Shown here: piece by piece, positions 1 through 13,033 of the stretch | Layout of the letters: every line of letters begins with the position of its first letter | How positions within the stretch are numbered: position 1 is the stretch's first letter | DNA from: Felis catus | Lineage: Eukaryota | DNA length: 64,000 nucleotides | Reading direction: 5' to 3' | NCBI RefSeq assembly: GCF_018350175.1 | Contig: NC_058383.1 | Location: forward strand, 15,688,001 to 15,752,000 | Notes under the pieces: generated by a model | What the model was told of the DNA's origin: nothing | Database searches by the model: none | The model's input: the letters and a program-made list of their open reading frames with translations, nothing else | Program-made: the position numbers and the translations under genes

Positions 1-2404
1 GCTCAGGTGCGATCTTGGAATTTTCCTTTGCTGTCATCTGGTATATTCTCCATACCTCTCTGGTTTTCATTCCCATTCCCTTGCCCAGGTCTTCCCTTTA
101 CTTGGTTAATCCTTCATCTTTGGTGGAGTATACCCCTCAGTATGCCTCCTGAAAAGGCATATATAAGAAGCAAATCTTTTGTGATATTGCATGTCTGAAC
201 ATGTCTTTAAGATTTTATTTTTGAGTAATCTTTACACCCAGCGTGGGGATCTAACTCACAACCCCAAAATCCAGAGTCACAAGCTCCACTGACTGAGCCA
301 GCCAGATGTCCCTGAAAATACCTTTATTTTATCTTAATACTTGATTGAAAGTTTATCTGGTTATATAATTACAGATAAATAATTTTCTCTTTGAAATTAT
401 GGCATTGCTTCACTGTCTTCTAGCTTCCCACGTTTGGGTTGACAAGGCTTATATTCTTTTTTCTTTTCTTTCTTTTCTTTTTTTTTTTTTTTAACATTTA
501 TTCATTTTTGAGAGAGTGTGAGCAGAGGAGGGGCAGAAAGACAGGGAGACACAGAATCTGAAGTAGGCTCCAGGCTCTGAGCTGTCAGCACAGAGCCCGA
601 CGTGGGGCTGGAACCCATGAACCATGAGTCATGACCTGACACTTAACCAACTGAACCACCCAGGTGCCCCTCTTTTTTCTTTTTTCTTTTCTTTAAAGTT
701 TTTTAGTGTTTATTTTAGAGAGAGACACAGAGTATACGTGGGGGAGGGGCAGAGAGAGAGAGCGAGACAGAATCCAAAGCAGGTTCCAGGCTGTCAGCAC
801 AGAGCCTGATGCAAGACTTCAACTCATAAACCACAAGTTCACAACCTGAGCTGAAGTCAGAGGCTTAACTGACGGAGCCACCCAGGCGCCCGCAAGGCTG
901 ATACCTTCTAATTCCTGGTCCTTTCTATGTGACCTTTGTTTTCACACTAGAAGCTTTAAGAATTTTCTTTTTATCCCTAGTGTTCTATAACTTTATGATA
1001 ATGTGCCTGGATGAGGCTCATTTTCTTCACTCAGTGGTACTGGAGATGCATGTGCTTCTGTTCCTGGAAATGTCCTTTTATTACAACTTTAATAATTTCC
1101 TCCTCATCACTCTTTCTCTTTTGCTCCAATTAGTCAAATGTTGGACCACCTGACTAAAGCCTCTAATTTTTTTCTCTCCAAGACATCTGTTGGTCCTTTT
1201 ATTTTACTTTCTAAGAGATTTTCTCAACTTTGTTTTTCTAATTCTTTTACTGATTTTAAATTTCAGCTCTCATATTTTTAGTTTCCAAAATTTTAAATTC
1301 TCTGTTCCTGTTGTTTTTTAAAAACCCCCATCTTGTTCTTGTTTCTTCATCTTATTTCTACAAGAACATTAATTATAGTCCATTTACATTTTCTTTTTCT
1401 CATTACATTGTTTTTATTTCCTCTGAGATCCCTTTTTCTCTTTCTTTTGGTCTCTCTCTTTCATGTTAGAGAAGTTCTGCAAACATCCAGTGCATCTTGG
1501 CTGTGAAGAACAAAAAGTTGACAGGAGGGGCGCCTGGGGTGGCTCAGTTGGTTGGGCGTCTGACTTCAGCTCAGGTCATGATCTCACAGTCTGTGAGTTC
1601 GAGCCCTGTGTCAGGGTCTGTGCTGATGGCTCGGAGCCTGGAGCCTGCTTCGGATTCTGTGTCTCCCTCTCTCTCTGCCCCTCCCTCACTCATGTTCTGT
1701 CTCTCTGTCAAAAATAAATAAACACTAAAAAAAAAAATTAAAACAAAAAACAAAAAGTTGACTGGAGTTCTGTATATGAAGATGTGCTTCCTTAGCTGGC
1801 TTTTTTTTTTGGTCAGGGTTCTCCATGTATGATGGTACACCCATAGTATGCACATTCTCTGAAGTCCAGGTAAGTATCTTATGGCTGGAGGCTGCAAACT
1901 ACTATTTATGGAATTGCTGAATAGAGGAACACATCACTACTGGAAAAGAAAATTTTTTTAATTTTTAAAGTTTATTTATTTTGAGAGAGAGAGAGAGGCA
2001 GAAAGAGAATCCCAAGCAGGGAAACAGGAGGGTCAGGAAATTGGCCGAAGTACAAGCAATACACAATTCTTATTATTTGTCCTCAGCTCACTTTCAGCTT
2101 TCTTCTTTTTTTTTTTTTTTTTTTTAAAGTTTATTTATTTTTGAGACAGAGACAGAGCATGAACAGGGGAGGGTCAGAGAGAGGGAGACACAGAATCGGA
2201 AGCAGGCTCCAGGCTCTGAGCCATCATCCCAGAGCCCGACACGGGACTGGAACTCAGACCGTGAGATCATGACCTGAGCCGAAGTCGGACGGACGCTTAA
2301 CCGACTGAGCCACCCAGGCGCCCCACTTTCAACTTTCTCATAAAATTAATTAGGAACTGAATATCTAAGCCCAATATGACTTCAGCTGTTACCACAGCCT
2401 CACC

Positions 2405-2649
2405 TATATATATATAATTTATATATATATTATATAAATATATAAATATAAATATATATAATTTATATATATAAGTTATAAATATATTTATAATATAAAT
2501 TTATATATTTATATTATATATATTTATATATAATATAAATATTATATATTTATAATATAAATATATTTATATATAATATATATATTATAAATATAAATAT
2601 ATATAATTTATATATATTATATATATTATATATATATTTAAATATATAA
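2405..2649. repeat. AT-only, (TA)n-rich low-complexity tract
   Basis: About 245 bp of A/T with a single G. Confidence 0.97.
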
Positions 2650-3508
2650 CAATTTACAATTAAGATGTAAGCAAAAGTCTGCAAGCAGCTAGCAGCAGTT
2701 AAGGCTTGCAGACTGCAGATTCAACCCTCCACAGGTCCCTTTTCCTTCACACACAGTTTTATTCAACCTAAGTTATTTGGTTTCAACCTATAGCGGTTAG
2801 ATACAGCAAACAGGCAGGCAATGCTGGGAAGTGACAAATAAAAGAAGACAAATTATAAAAAGGCAGACAGGAGGACGCCTGGGTGGCTCAGTCGATTAAG
2901 TGTCCGACTTCAGCTCAGGTCATGATCTCACGGTGAGTTCGAGCCCAACATTGGGCTCTCTGCTCTCGGCACAGAACTGGCTTCAGATCCCTGTCTCCTG
3001 TTCTCTCTGTGTCTTCCCAACTCATGCACACCTACTAGGTCTCTCAAAAATAAACATTAAGTAAATAAATAAATAAAGGCAGACAGAAAGCCTTGAGTCC
3101 TTTAAGAAAGAGATCAACAATTCTATATCCTATGGAGAAGGCCAGCATTTTCTCTTTACAACACATACAATGATTTTTTATGAAATAAAATTTCATATTA
3201 TCATCAGTAATTTCTTTAAGCAGTTAAGGAAGTATGTGATCAAAAAGAGAAGGACTTCTACACCAAACTGTTAATTAAGATTTGGTCTGTAATGGGACAG
3301 ATCTATCTAGAAACTTGCCTTTCTAGAATGACTGGCTCTTCAAAGATTTCATTCAGATAGTCAAGTTTTTACAAGTTATAAGAGAAACTCTCTATGAAGC
3401 CAAATTCTGAATGTGGGTTGATCTTACGGAGAATATTAAGCTTTCTCTAAGTTGTTTTCACCCTGAAAGTGTTCGTGGCACATTCTGAGACACACATGCC
3501 TTGTTATC

Positions 3509-4500
3509 TGTGTTAAGCAACCTCTGAGGCTGAGCCCCTATGTTCCCTGCCTGGTATTCATGACTTGTGGAATCCCCTTCCTTTAAGTGTGAACTGGACC
3601 CAGTGACTTGCTTCTAACAACTAGAATATGGCAAAAATGATGGCATGTTATTTCTGAGATTAGGTCACAAAAAAGTCTGTTTCTTCTGTCTTGGGGAATC
3701 TCTCTTGCTCTCTGCTTCCTTGCTCTGAGGAAAGCCAGCTGCATGTCATGAATAGGCTTACGCCAAGGTCTCTGTGCCAAAGAACAGATATCCCCAACCG
3801 ATTTGGAGACCTGTGGCCTGCCAACAGTGACAGGAGTGAGTTTGGAAAGGGAACCTCTTCTCATTGAGCCTTGAGAGGACTGCCGCCCTGGCTGACAGTG
3901 TGACTACAACCTCCTGATGAGCCTAGACCAGAGGCATCTAGTTAAAATGCACCTGGATTCCTGATCCTCGGAAACTGTGAGAGAATATGTTTGCTGTCTT
4001 GAGTGCCTAACTACCCTAAATTTTAAAGTGCCAGAGATAACTAACAGATTCTGGTGTCACGAGTGGGGTTCTATTATCACGAATACTTAAAATGTGGTAG
4101 CAGTTTTGTAACTGGGCAGTAGGAGGTAGCTATAAGGACTTTAAGGAGAGCAGTGATAAAAGCCTAAATTGCCATGAATTGAAATTGACAGGTTTTGGAC
4201 TTTGAGGAGGCTCCCTGTGAGGTTTTAAGGAGGGTAGGAACATCTGATTAGAAACTGGAGGCAGGGGGATCTTTGTTATGTAGAAACAAAGTTCAGTAAC
4301 CCTGTCACTTGCAGTTATACACAAAGTAGAAAATGAGCCAAACGAACTGGGTGGTCCGGTAAGGGGATTTCCAAGCAAAACACTGAAGGTGTCATGGAAT
4401 TTCTTCTTGATGATTATAGTAAAATATAGCAAGAGGAGAGAGAAATTGAGGAAAGGATTGTTTAAAAAAAAAAAAAAGAAGCCAGGACTTTATGGCTTTG
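3509..4500 (+). mobile_element. MaLR (MLT1-type) LTR followed by the start of MaLR internal sequence
   Basis: MLT1 motifs (gtgacttgcttctaacaactagaatatggcaaaa, ggattcctgatcctcggaaactgtgaga, gataactaaca at about 4045), then int-like aaaatgtggtagcagttttgtaactgggcagtagg. Confidence 0.72.
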
Positions 4501-4569
4501 AAACTGGGTGTGAAAATTCTTAGCATTGCCATCTTCAATGACAGCAGTGATGGCACTGTCACATTTCTC

Positions 4570-4785
4570 TCACTGATTATCACCTTCTCTGCTTTTACCT
4601 CTCTTGCCTCCCTCTTACAAGGACCCTTGTGATTACATTGAGCCCATAAGATAATACAGGATACATTTTTAATTCCTTAATTACATCTGCAAAGTCCCCT
4701 TTGCCATGTAAGGTAACATAGTCACAGATTTCATGGATTAAGACATGGAAATCTTTAGGGGGCCATTCGTTATTCAGGCTACAAG
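4570..4785 (-). mobile_element. MLT1-type LTR fragment
   Basis: aaggacccttgtgattacattgagccca..acatctgcaaagtcccctttgccatgtaaggtaacata. Confidence 0.72.
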
Positions 4786-5005
4786 TAAGCAATAGATAAC
4801 TAATACTTAGAATTTCTACAGTTTATAAATGGGAACACAGAGGTGAACAAGGTGCTATAGAAAGACAGTTGTATAGCCCTTACACACAAACAAAAAGCCC
4901 ATACATGTGTCTTTAAATTTAAAACCAGTAGGTTATATAGTGGAATGCTCTTAGTCTTAGAGGGGTATGCTGAAGCACAATATCTGTAACTTTCAAATAA
5001 GTCAA

Positions 5006-5029
5006 CAGCAGCAGCAGCAGCAGCAGCAG
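5006..5029. repeat. (CAG)8 microsatellite
   Basis: Read directly. Confidence 0.95.
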
Positions 5030-5276
5030 AAGAAAATGCATGTATGTGTAATGTACATGGAGAGAACAGATGAAGCAAATATGGCAAAATTTTAACTAAT
5101 GAAGCTACATTAAAGGTATAAGATGTTCTTCAAATTCTTCTGTAAGTAAGAAAAAGTTGGGAAAATCAGGGGCTCAAAACAATGTTCAACACAACAAATA
5201 TATTAACCTTACAAAGCTCAGTGGATCATAAGAAATATACAATCTGTGTATGGGGCTGAAACTGAGGATTCCACTG

Positions 5277-5490
5277 AGGGGTTGGCAACCCACTCTGTAA
5301 AAGCCAGCAAGTAAACATTTTAGGCTTTGTAGGCTATACAGTCACTTTCCTAACTACTAGATTCTGTTGCTGTAGTGCAGAAATAGATGTAGACAATATA
5401 TAAATAAGCATAGTGAGTTCTAATAAAAGTTTATCTACAAAGGCAGATAGCGGGCCAGATTTGCCCTGCAGGCTGTAAAGTGCCAACCAA
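5277..5490. mobile_element. MER58A-like hAT-Charlie MITE
   Basis: ggggttggcaa..tgccaacc termini and a typical internal aacattttaggctttgtaggc. Confidence 0.75.
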
Positions 5491-5693
5491 TCTCTGCTTT
5501 AACTCAAAACCTTCTTTCAAATGTAAATTAAAAATATAAAAATTTTTTTAAAAAAGAAAAAAAAAACCTTCTTTCAAAATAAGAGAATTTAAACAATCTC
5601 CAAAAACATGTAATAATGACCATATTATGTGCCAAGTAAGCACTGTAGTAGGCAGTGCACACTTTGTGTTGCTTCTGTTCATCATTTTCTTCT

Positions 5694-5695
<2 letters not shown>

Positions 5696-5734
<39 letters not shown>

Positions 5735-5750
5735 TGTGAGTGCGTGCGTG
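5696..5750. repeat. (GT)n microsatellite with a degenerate end
   Basis: Read directly. Confidence 0.95.
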
Positions 5751-8700
5751 TACGCACAAAGAAAGTTTAGTCTCACCATTTGAATTGTGAATTCAAATTT
5801 CACTATAAACTCAAATCTAACTTATTCCTCCTTCTTTCTAAAGTAAACCCACTGTAAACTCTATAATATAATCCATCCTTCCTTTTTTTCTTCTTTCTTT
5901 CCATCCTCCTTCTAAATCTACTCAAATGTGCAAAATTAATCACAATCCTTCCTTCATGACAAACTTTCATCATTGGTCTATGCTTTGCCTTCTATTATTT
6001 ATTTCATAATGTAATTCATTGTTTTTAATAATGTAATAAGCATCCCTCTTGAGAAATTTCACATTCAGAGAAAACACAACTCCAGCCAGATACGATAATA
6101 CAGGAAGGAATCTAGATTTTTAAATTTATATCTTTAATCCCACTGGGCTCTGGTGGCTCATTAGAGACTTATTATCTCTAAAACACAAATATAAAACAGT
6201 TGATAACATGTATGTTTATATATTCTCATTTGTCTTAAAATATTTTGGCAGTTTGGAAAATCTCAGACTGGATTCTTGGAGAGTTCAATAGTCTTGTGCT
6301 GCCTAGAAACAACTAGATAAATGTTATTAATATTTTCTATATCAAGAAAAAAATTAATCACCTCAAAGCATGATCTTCTACTCCAACAATGTTTTTAAGA
6401 AAAAGAAATGTTTCAGAGTGCCTGGATTGCTTAGTTGGTTAAGCATTTGACTCTTGATTTTGGCTCAGGTCATCATCCCACAGTTCATGAGATCGAGCCC
6501 TGCATCAGGTTCTGCACACACAGCCTGCTTGGGATTCTCTCTCCACCACCCCCCCCCTCCCCCCCCCCCCCCCCCCCGCCTCTCCCCATGCTGGCTCTCT
6601 CTCTCTCTCTCTCTCTTAAAATAGACACTAAAAAAAAGAACTGTTTCAGTGTATTGACTTAACTGAAGTTTGATAAGATGGATTGGAATGTGAATTGAAT
6701 TGGGAAAGCGTAGTAACTGTAAAATAGGAACCCACTTCCATTATTCAAAGCTGTATAAACACAGCAAATTTAGCATTAAGGCTTTGATTTCCTGGGGGAA
6801 AATTTTTAGCTTGCAGATTGCTTAAGAAATTGTATCATTTCACTATAGGACACTTATCAGGCAAAGATGCTAATCATTTCCATTCAAAGGTAATGGTACC
6901 AACCAAGTTTTCAGGGACACTGAATGATAATTGATGCATACAAGTACAGTCAACACTGTGCCTACATGGCACCCTAAATGCCCTACTTTTATGACAGTTA
7001 TCACACTGAATTACAGCTAATTACAAATCCATCTTCACCATACTTCTTAGGAGAGGGACAGAGTCAATCATCCTTATATCCTGGATAGAGGTACAAATGG
7101 ATAGTTGGATGAAAAAGTAATAAATAAATGAGATCCTTTCATAGTGGTCTCCATTTTTACAGATGAGGGACTTAGAATAGTTTCTGAGGCCAACTTACAG
7201 TTGAGATTGAACACAGAGAGGTAGAAAAAATAACTGTAATGGGACCTTCCTGATTTGAACCTGCTGAACCATCAAGGCTACGTATTATTACTTGATAGAA
7301 GACTGTCATTCATTGTGTCATGCTATTCAATCCTACTCTTCGAAATAAAAGAATTTAAGCATCTAACATTACAATTTGATAAAAACATTAGATAGCTTAA
7401 TAACAAAAGTATTCTCTTTTGCTCAATTACATTTTAAAATGTTCATAAAGGAACGCATTTGGTGACAGGTAGCAAAGGGAAAAAATGGTAGAAAATCTAA
7501 GAAATTCTCCCTGGCCCCAATATTAGCAATGCTTCGATAAGAGAAAGATGAGAGTACATCTTCCAAAACTTCTAATCACAATATTTTTTTCTTGCCTGGA
7601 AGACCATTCGAGAAAAAAATCAAATTACAGATATAAGAGCTTTGCCTCATTTTCCTTTTTTATTTTTTTATTTTTTATTTTTTAATGTTTATTTATTTTT
7701 GAAGGAGAGAGAGAGAGTGGGGGAGGGTTAGTGAGAGAGGGAGACACAGAATCGGAAGCAGGCTCCAGGCTCTGAGCTGTCCCTCAGAGCCCGATGCAGG
7801 GCTCGAGCTCATGAACTGCAAGGTCTTGACCTGAGCTGAAGTCGGATGCTCAACTGACTGAGCCACCCAGGCGCCCGCCCCCCTTCTTTTTTTTTTAAAT
7901 GGTCATGATAAAAAAGGAAAGCTAAGCTAGGACAGTGATATTCTCTAGAGAGAAGAAGCGGCCCTATAAAGAAAATGGGAGATTAAGAATAATCTCCCAT
8001 TAAGAATATTAAGAATATGGCACACCTTCACTCTGTTAAGATGTTCAGTTAAACTAGATTTAAGAGTAGGATATCACTGTTGTGGCAGAAAGATAAGGTT
8101 CAAAGTTTCCTTAAAGCCAAAAGTAAAATCTGGTTTAATTAAATGGAGATCGAGAACTGCTGAGTTCAGTGAAAAGGAGTCCAAACCTTGTGTGTGTGCG
8201 TGCATGTGATGTGCACAATTTTCTCCCCTAAGTCTCCATTTAGAGGTATTTGTACTCTTTTTGGCTGCCGGATCTGAATCTCTTTTCTACATCTGGGAAA
8301 TGCCTTACCTCATGAGACTTGTTGGGAGATAAATCTTCTCTATAGGTGAAGCTAACAGACACTTGCCCTTGCTTCATTATCTCTTTCAGCATAATTATTA
8401 ATATTTTTTAAGTAGGCTCTGCATCCAACGTGAGGCTTGAACTCATGACAAGAGCTGCATGTTCCATCAACTGAGCCAGCTAGGTACCCCATTCATAATA
8501 ATCTTTAAAAGGGGATTACTTCATTAATTAAAAAATATTCATGGCTATATGCTGGTCAAATTTTCCTCTGGTGTGGATTCCTTTTTGATGTATTACTCAT
8601 TATTGAAAGAGGGGAGTTGTTCATATGTCAAACATTTACAAGAGATTCACATTAGGGAAGGTCCAGGGCCTTATGACACAGGTTGTACATGAGAATTGGG

Positions 8701-9252
8701 TTTTTTACCTTCATTTCTCAACAGCTAACCAAGATCCGCACTGTAGGGCTGCTTTCATTGCTGACTCTTTCCTTCCACCTACTTCACAACAGACAGTATT
8801 GTACGGAAATAGCTTATAGTCTATGTTCAGTCTCCACCTTCCCTGCTTCATGACATTTCCTGTCAAGTCCTGACTAGGGAAGTACTGGCCCTTGGTTGTG
8901 TACTGTTCTTGTTACAGAAAAGGGACTGTTGGTTTTGCCCTCAGAGCTTCCAATTCTGTGGAAACACGTGTTCTTGCCGAAAGTGTCCACACCGAGTGTC
9001 CCCCTCACCTTTACTTGACCTTCACTGCATCTGTTGATCATCTTCAACGTCTTTTCCCAATGTGTCCCTCTCATTTCTATTTGCTCTCCCTTGCATTTGT
9101 TGCTCTTCCTCTGTGTCTTCTTAGTTGGGGCAGTGGATTCCTTTAAGTGTCAAACCAAGCACCTGTGTCTCCATTTCTTGTTATGGTTATTATTTTTAGA
9201 TGATTCCAAGATGAGGAGAAAATGGCTATCTTTTCAGCCTTTAAAAGCTGAA

Positions 9253-9767
9253 CTCTTTTCTTTGAGGAAGACATAGTGGTAGCTACTGCAGAGCTCTGAG
9301 TGCCTGGCTCTTGCCTCCCCCCTGTTTTCTCCCAGGAACCAGTTGGTCAGGAAGCTGTGTCACAGCCATGGCTTCTAAGGACATGGGAAGATACCCGTGG
9401 AAGCGGAGGTGGTGATTCACAGAATTAGAATCACTCTAACCAGCTGCCAATGGAAAGTCTCTGGAGAACTTATGAGCCAACCTGATCAGAGGTGCAAAGG
9501 AAAAGAACCTCAAAGTGAAAGGATCGGTTTGGAAGTCTTCCAAGACTCTGAGAATCACTACAAGAAAACCTCTTCCGGTGAAGGTACTAAGACTTGGGAT
9601 TGTTTTCAGATGAGGATCCATAAGTGACTCACTGATCTGTACAGTCCTTCTGAGACTGTTAAATAGATTGATTCCATCAGTACTGAACGAGGAATCAAGG
9701 CCGAAACCACGAATGCACGTGCTTAATCAAGTCAACCTTTTTAATAAATTATCAGTTGTTAAAAAAA
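9253..9767 (+). pseudogene. RPS20: Processed pseudogene of 40S ribosomal protein S20
   Basis: Starts with a 5'TOP-like ctcttttctttgaggaagac. ATG at 9368. Intronless match to RPS20 in shifting frames ([40 protein letters not shown]). Frameshifts plus premature TGA (9625-9627) and TAG (9664-9666). TAA at 9724-9726, AATAAA at 9743-9748, A-tail at 9761-9767. Confidence 0.95.
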
Positions 9768-9772
9768 CTCTG

Positions 9773-10002
9773 GGGGCGCCTGGGTGGCGCAGTCGGTTAA
9801 GCGTCCGACTTCAGCCAGGTCACGATCTCGCGGTCCGGGAGTTCGAGCCCCGCGTCGGGCTCTGGGCTGATGATGGCTCAGAGCCTGGAGCCTGTTTCCG
9901 ATTCTGTGTCTCCCTCTCTCTCTGCCCCTCCCCTGTTCATGCTCTGTCTCTCTCTGTCCCAAAAATAAATAAACGTTGAAAAAAAAAAAAACAAAAAAAA
10001 AA
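9773..10002 (+). mobile_element. Young felid CAN-SINE (SINEC_Fc type)
   Basis: GGGGCGCCTGGGTGGCGCAGTCGG head, intact CpGs, (CT)n, AATAAA and A-tail. TSD aaaaaaactctg. Confidence 0.95.
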
Positions 10003-10344
10003 ACTCTGAAATACAGATATCTTTTTTCCCCAATTTTAAGTAGACTTTAATTAAAGTATAACATATCAAGGGAAATGTGCAAATTATGGCTGAACAGCTC
10101 TTGACCTTTTATAGAATGAACACAGATTGAGAAACAGAAAATGACTCAGCAGCTCCTCTTGTGCCACCTCTAGTCATAATGTGTCTCTCTCCCCCAGTAA
10201 GAGTAACTTTGAATTTTATGGAAATGGAATCATAGCCCAGCCCCTGATAAACTCTGTTACTTTCTATTTCTATGAATTTGCCTGTCCCATCCATCTCATA
10301 AGTAGAATCATATAATATTTGTTCTTTTTTTTTCTTAATTTTTT

Positions 10345-10780
10345 TTAACATTTATTTTTTTTAATTTTTTTTTCAACGTTTATTTATTTTTGGGACAGAG
10401 AGAGACATAGCATGAACGGGGGAGGGGCAGAGAGAGAGGGAGACACAGAGTCAGAAACAGGCTCCAGGCTCTGAGCCATCAGCCCAGAGCCTGACGCGGG
10501 GCTCGAACTCACGGACCACGAGATCATGACCTGGCTGAAGTCGGATGCTTAACCGATTGCACCACCCAGGCGCCCCTTTTTAACATTTATTTTTGAGACA
10601 GGGAGAGACAGAGCATGAACAGGGGAGGGTCAGAGAGAGGGAGACACAGAATCTGAAACAGGCTCCAGGCTCTGAGCTGTCAGCACAGAGCCTGACGCGG
10701 GGCTTGAACTCAACTGACCACGAAATCATGACCTGAGCCGAAGTTGGCCGCTTAACCGACTGAGCCACCCAGGCGCCCCC
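10345..10780 (-). mobile_element. Two tandem CAN-SINEs, the younger inserted in the tail of the older
   Basis: Inner TSD ttttaacatttatt; outer TSD atatttgttctttt. Confidence 0.9.
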
Positions 10781-11294
10781 ATATATATTTGTTCTTTTGT
10801 GTCTGGCTGATTTCCCTTAGCATAATGGTTTCAATTTTTATCCAAGTTGTAGCAGGTATCAGAATTTCATTCATTTTTAAGGCTGAATAATATTCCATTG
10901 TATGTATACACCACCTATTTATCTATTCATCCATTAATGGACATATAGGTTGTTTCCACCTTTTGGCTACTGTGAATAATGCTGCTTTGAACATTGGTGT
11001 ATAAATATCTGTTTTGAGTCGTTGCTTTCAATTCTTCTGGGTATATACGTAGAAGTGGAATTCTGGGTTATGTGGTAATTCTATGTTTAACTTTTTGAGG
11101 AACTTCAAAAGTGGCTGGATCATTTTACATTCCCATCAGCAATGCACCAGGTTTGTAATTTCTCCACATCCTTACTAACACCTGTAATTTCTTTTCCTTT
11201 TCCTTTTTGTAATAGCCATCCTAATGAAAGTGAAGGGGTTCCTTGTTGTGGTTTCGATTTGCATTTCCCTAATGACTAGTGATATTGAACAGTC

Positions 11295-11341
11295 TGTTAA
11301 ATTATTTTTAATTTCTGCATATTATGATATTTTGGCACCAT

Positions 11342-11379
<38 letters not shown>

Positions 11380-11888
11380 GCAAAAAATCCACCCCCAAAA
11401 CAACTTTCTGTCTGGAAAGAGATTGCCTCTCCAGGACTAGCTAGTTCTTACAGACAGGAAAGGGCTGAGCCCGAAGCATGTCTCTGATATACAAACTAGT
11501 CAATCCAGGGCCATGTCTCCTCTATCTGGTCCTGGTGCCCCAGAAGACACTATTCCTCTGCCTTAATCCTCCTGGGGCAGGTGCCAGATAAGTGGGACCA
11601 CCCCAAGGCCCAAATACCACTGAAGTAAGTTAAACTAGCTAATCCTAAACTGTTCACCCTGCCCTTTCCTGCCTATCATTTACAAACCTCAATAAAGGCT
11701 CTGGCCTAACCCTCCCCCCCTCTAGTCTCCTAACCACCCTGGTAGCCTTTCCACAAGGCCCTGCATGGGATGCCATGCCTTCTCTCTCTAGGACCTGTAA
11801 GCACCTGTAATACATCTAGTTTTCCCCAGCCTCTCCTCAGGCTTCTCTTATGGACACACCTGATTGTCTCATAAAAGAATTCAAAGCA
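11295..11888 (+). mobile_element. Solo LTR (MER74-like, ERVL) inserted in L1
   Basis: TG..CA bounded and AATAAA at 11691. L1 resumes afterwards (agcatcttttcatatgc). Contains (AAC)12. Confidence 0.6.
11342..11377. repeat. (AAC)12 microsatellite
   Basis: Read directly. Confidence 0.95.
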
Positions 11889-12813
11889 AGCATCTTTTCA
11901 TATGCTTATTGGCCATTTGGGTTAATCTTCTTTGGAGAAATATCTATTAAGGCCTTTGTCCATTTTATGTTTAATTTTTAGAGGAAATCCCAGCCAGACT
12001 GTTTTCCAAAGTGACTGCACCATTTTACATTCCCACCAGCAGTGTATGAGGATACTAATATCTCCACATACTTGGAAACACATTATTAAATATTTTTTTG
12101 TTTTTATTGTGGTAAAATATATATAATAACATTTCCCATTTTAATTCCAGTGTAGTAAACATACAGTGTTATATTAGTTTCAGGTGAACACTGTAAGTGA
12201 TTCACCAGTTCCATACCATTTTAACCATTTTAAAGTATATAGTGTATGGCATTAAGTGCATTCACACTGTTGTGCAACCATTACCACTATCCATTTCAAG
12301 AACTTTCCGTCCTTCCTCCAGCCCCTGATAACCACTGTTCTACTTTAGTCTCTATATATTTGACTATCCTAGGTACCCCAAATAAATAGAATCATACAAT
12401 ATTTGTTCTTTTTGTCTGGCTATTTCACTTAGCATAATGTCTGTCTTCAAGGTGGTAGCATGTATCAAATTTTATTCCATTTTAAGGAATTTCATTCCAC
12501 TGTATGTATATAGCACATTTTATCTGTCTGTTCATCTGCTGATGGACAATAAGTTGCTGTTCACACCTTTTGGCTCTTGTGCATAATGCTGCTATGAACA
12601 CTGGCATACAGATATGAGTACCTGCTTTCATTTGTGTATATACCCAGAAATAAAATTCCTGGATCACATGATAATTCCATGTTTAATATTTTGAAGAACT
12701 ACCATACTGTTTCCCATATATTTTCATTACAGGTATCCTAGTGGATGTGAAGTAGTATCTAATTGTGCTTTTGATTTGCATCTCCCGAATGATTAATGAT
12801 ATCAAGCATCTTT

Positions 12814-13033
12814 TTTTTTAAAATTTTTTTTTAACGTTTATTTATTTTTGAGACAGAGAGAGACAGAGCATGAACGGGGGAGGGTCAGAGAGAGGGAGAC
12901 ACAGAATCTGAAACAGGCTCCAGGCTCTGAGCTGTCAGCACAGAGCCCGATGCGGGGCTCGAACTCACGGACCGCAAGATCATGACCTGAGCCGAAGTCG
13001 GCCGCTTAACCGACTGAGCCACCCAGGCGCCCC
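12814..13033 (-). mobile_element. CAN-SINE
   Basis: Perfect TSD atcaagcatctttt at about 12800 and 13034. Confidence 0.93.

Noticed and set aside
1866..1876. Consensus plus-strand splice donors (CAG|GTAAGT here, TAG|GTAAGT near 34529)
   Set aside because: Isolated motifs antisense to TPST1, expected by chance in 64 kb without transcript evidence.
4800..5087. Poly-Ala ORF / (CAG)8 as a coding or expansion repeat
   Set aside because: Short intronic microsatellite with no exon evidence.
8560..9230. Unique-looking stretch with several short ORFs next to the RPS20 retrocopy
   Set aside because: No recognisable protein in any frame and no convincing splice or poly(A) structure.
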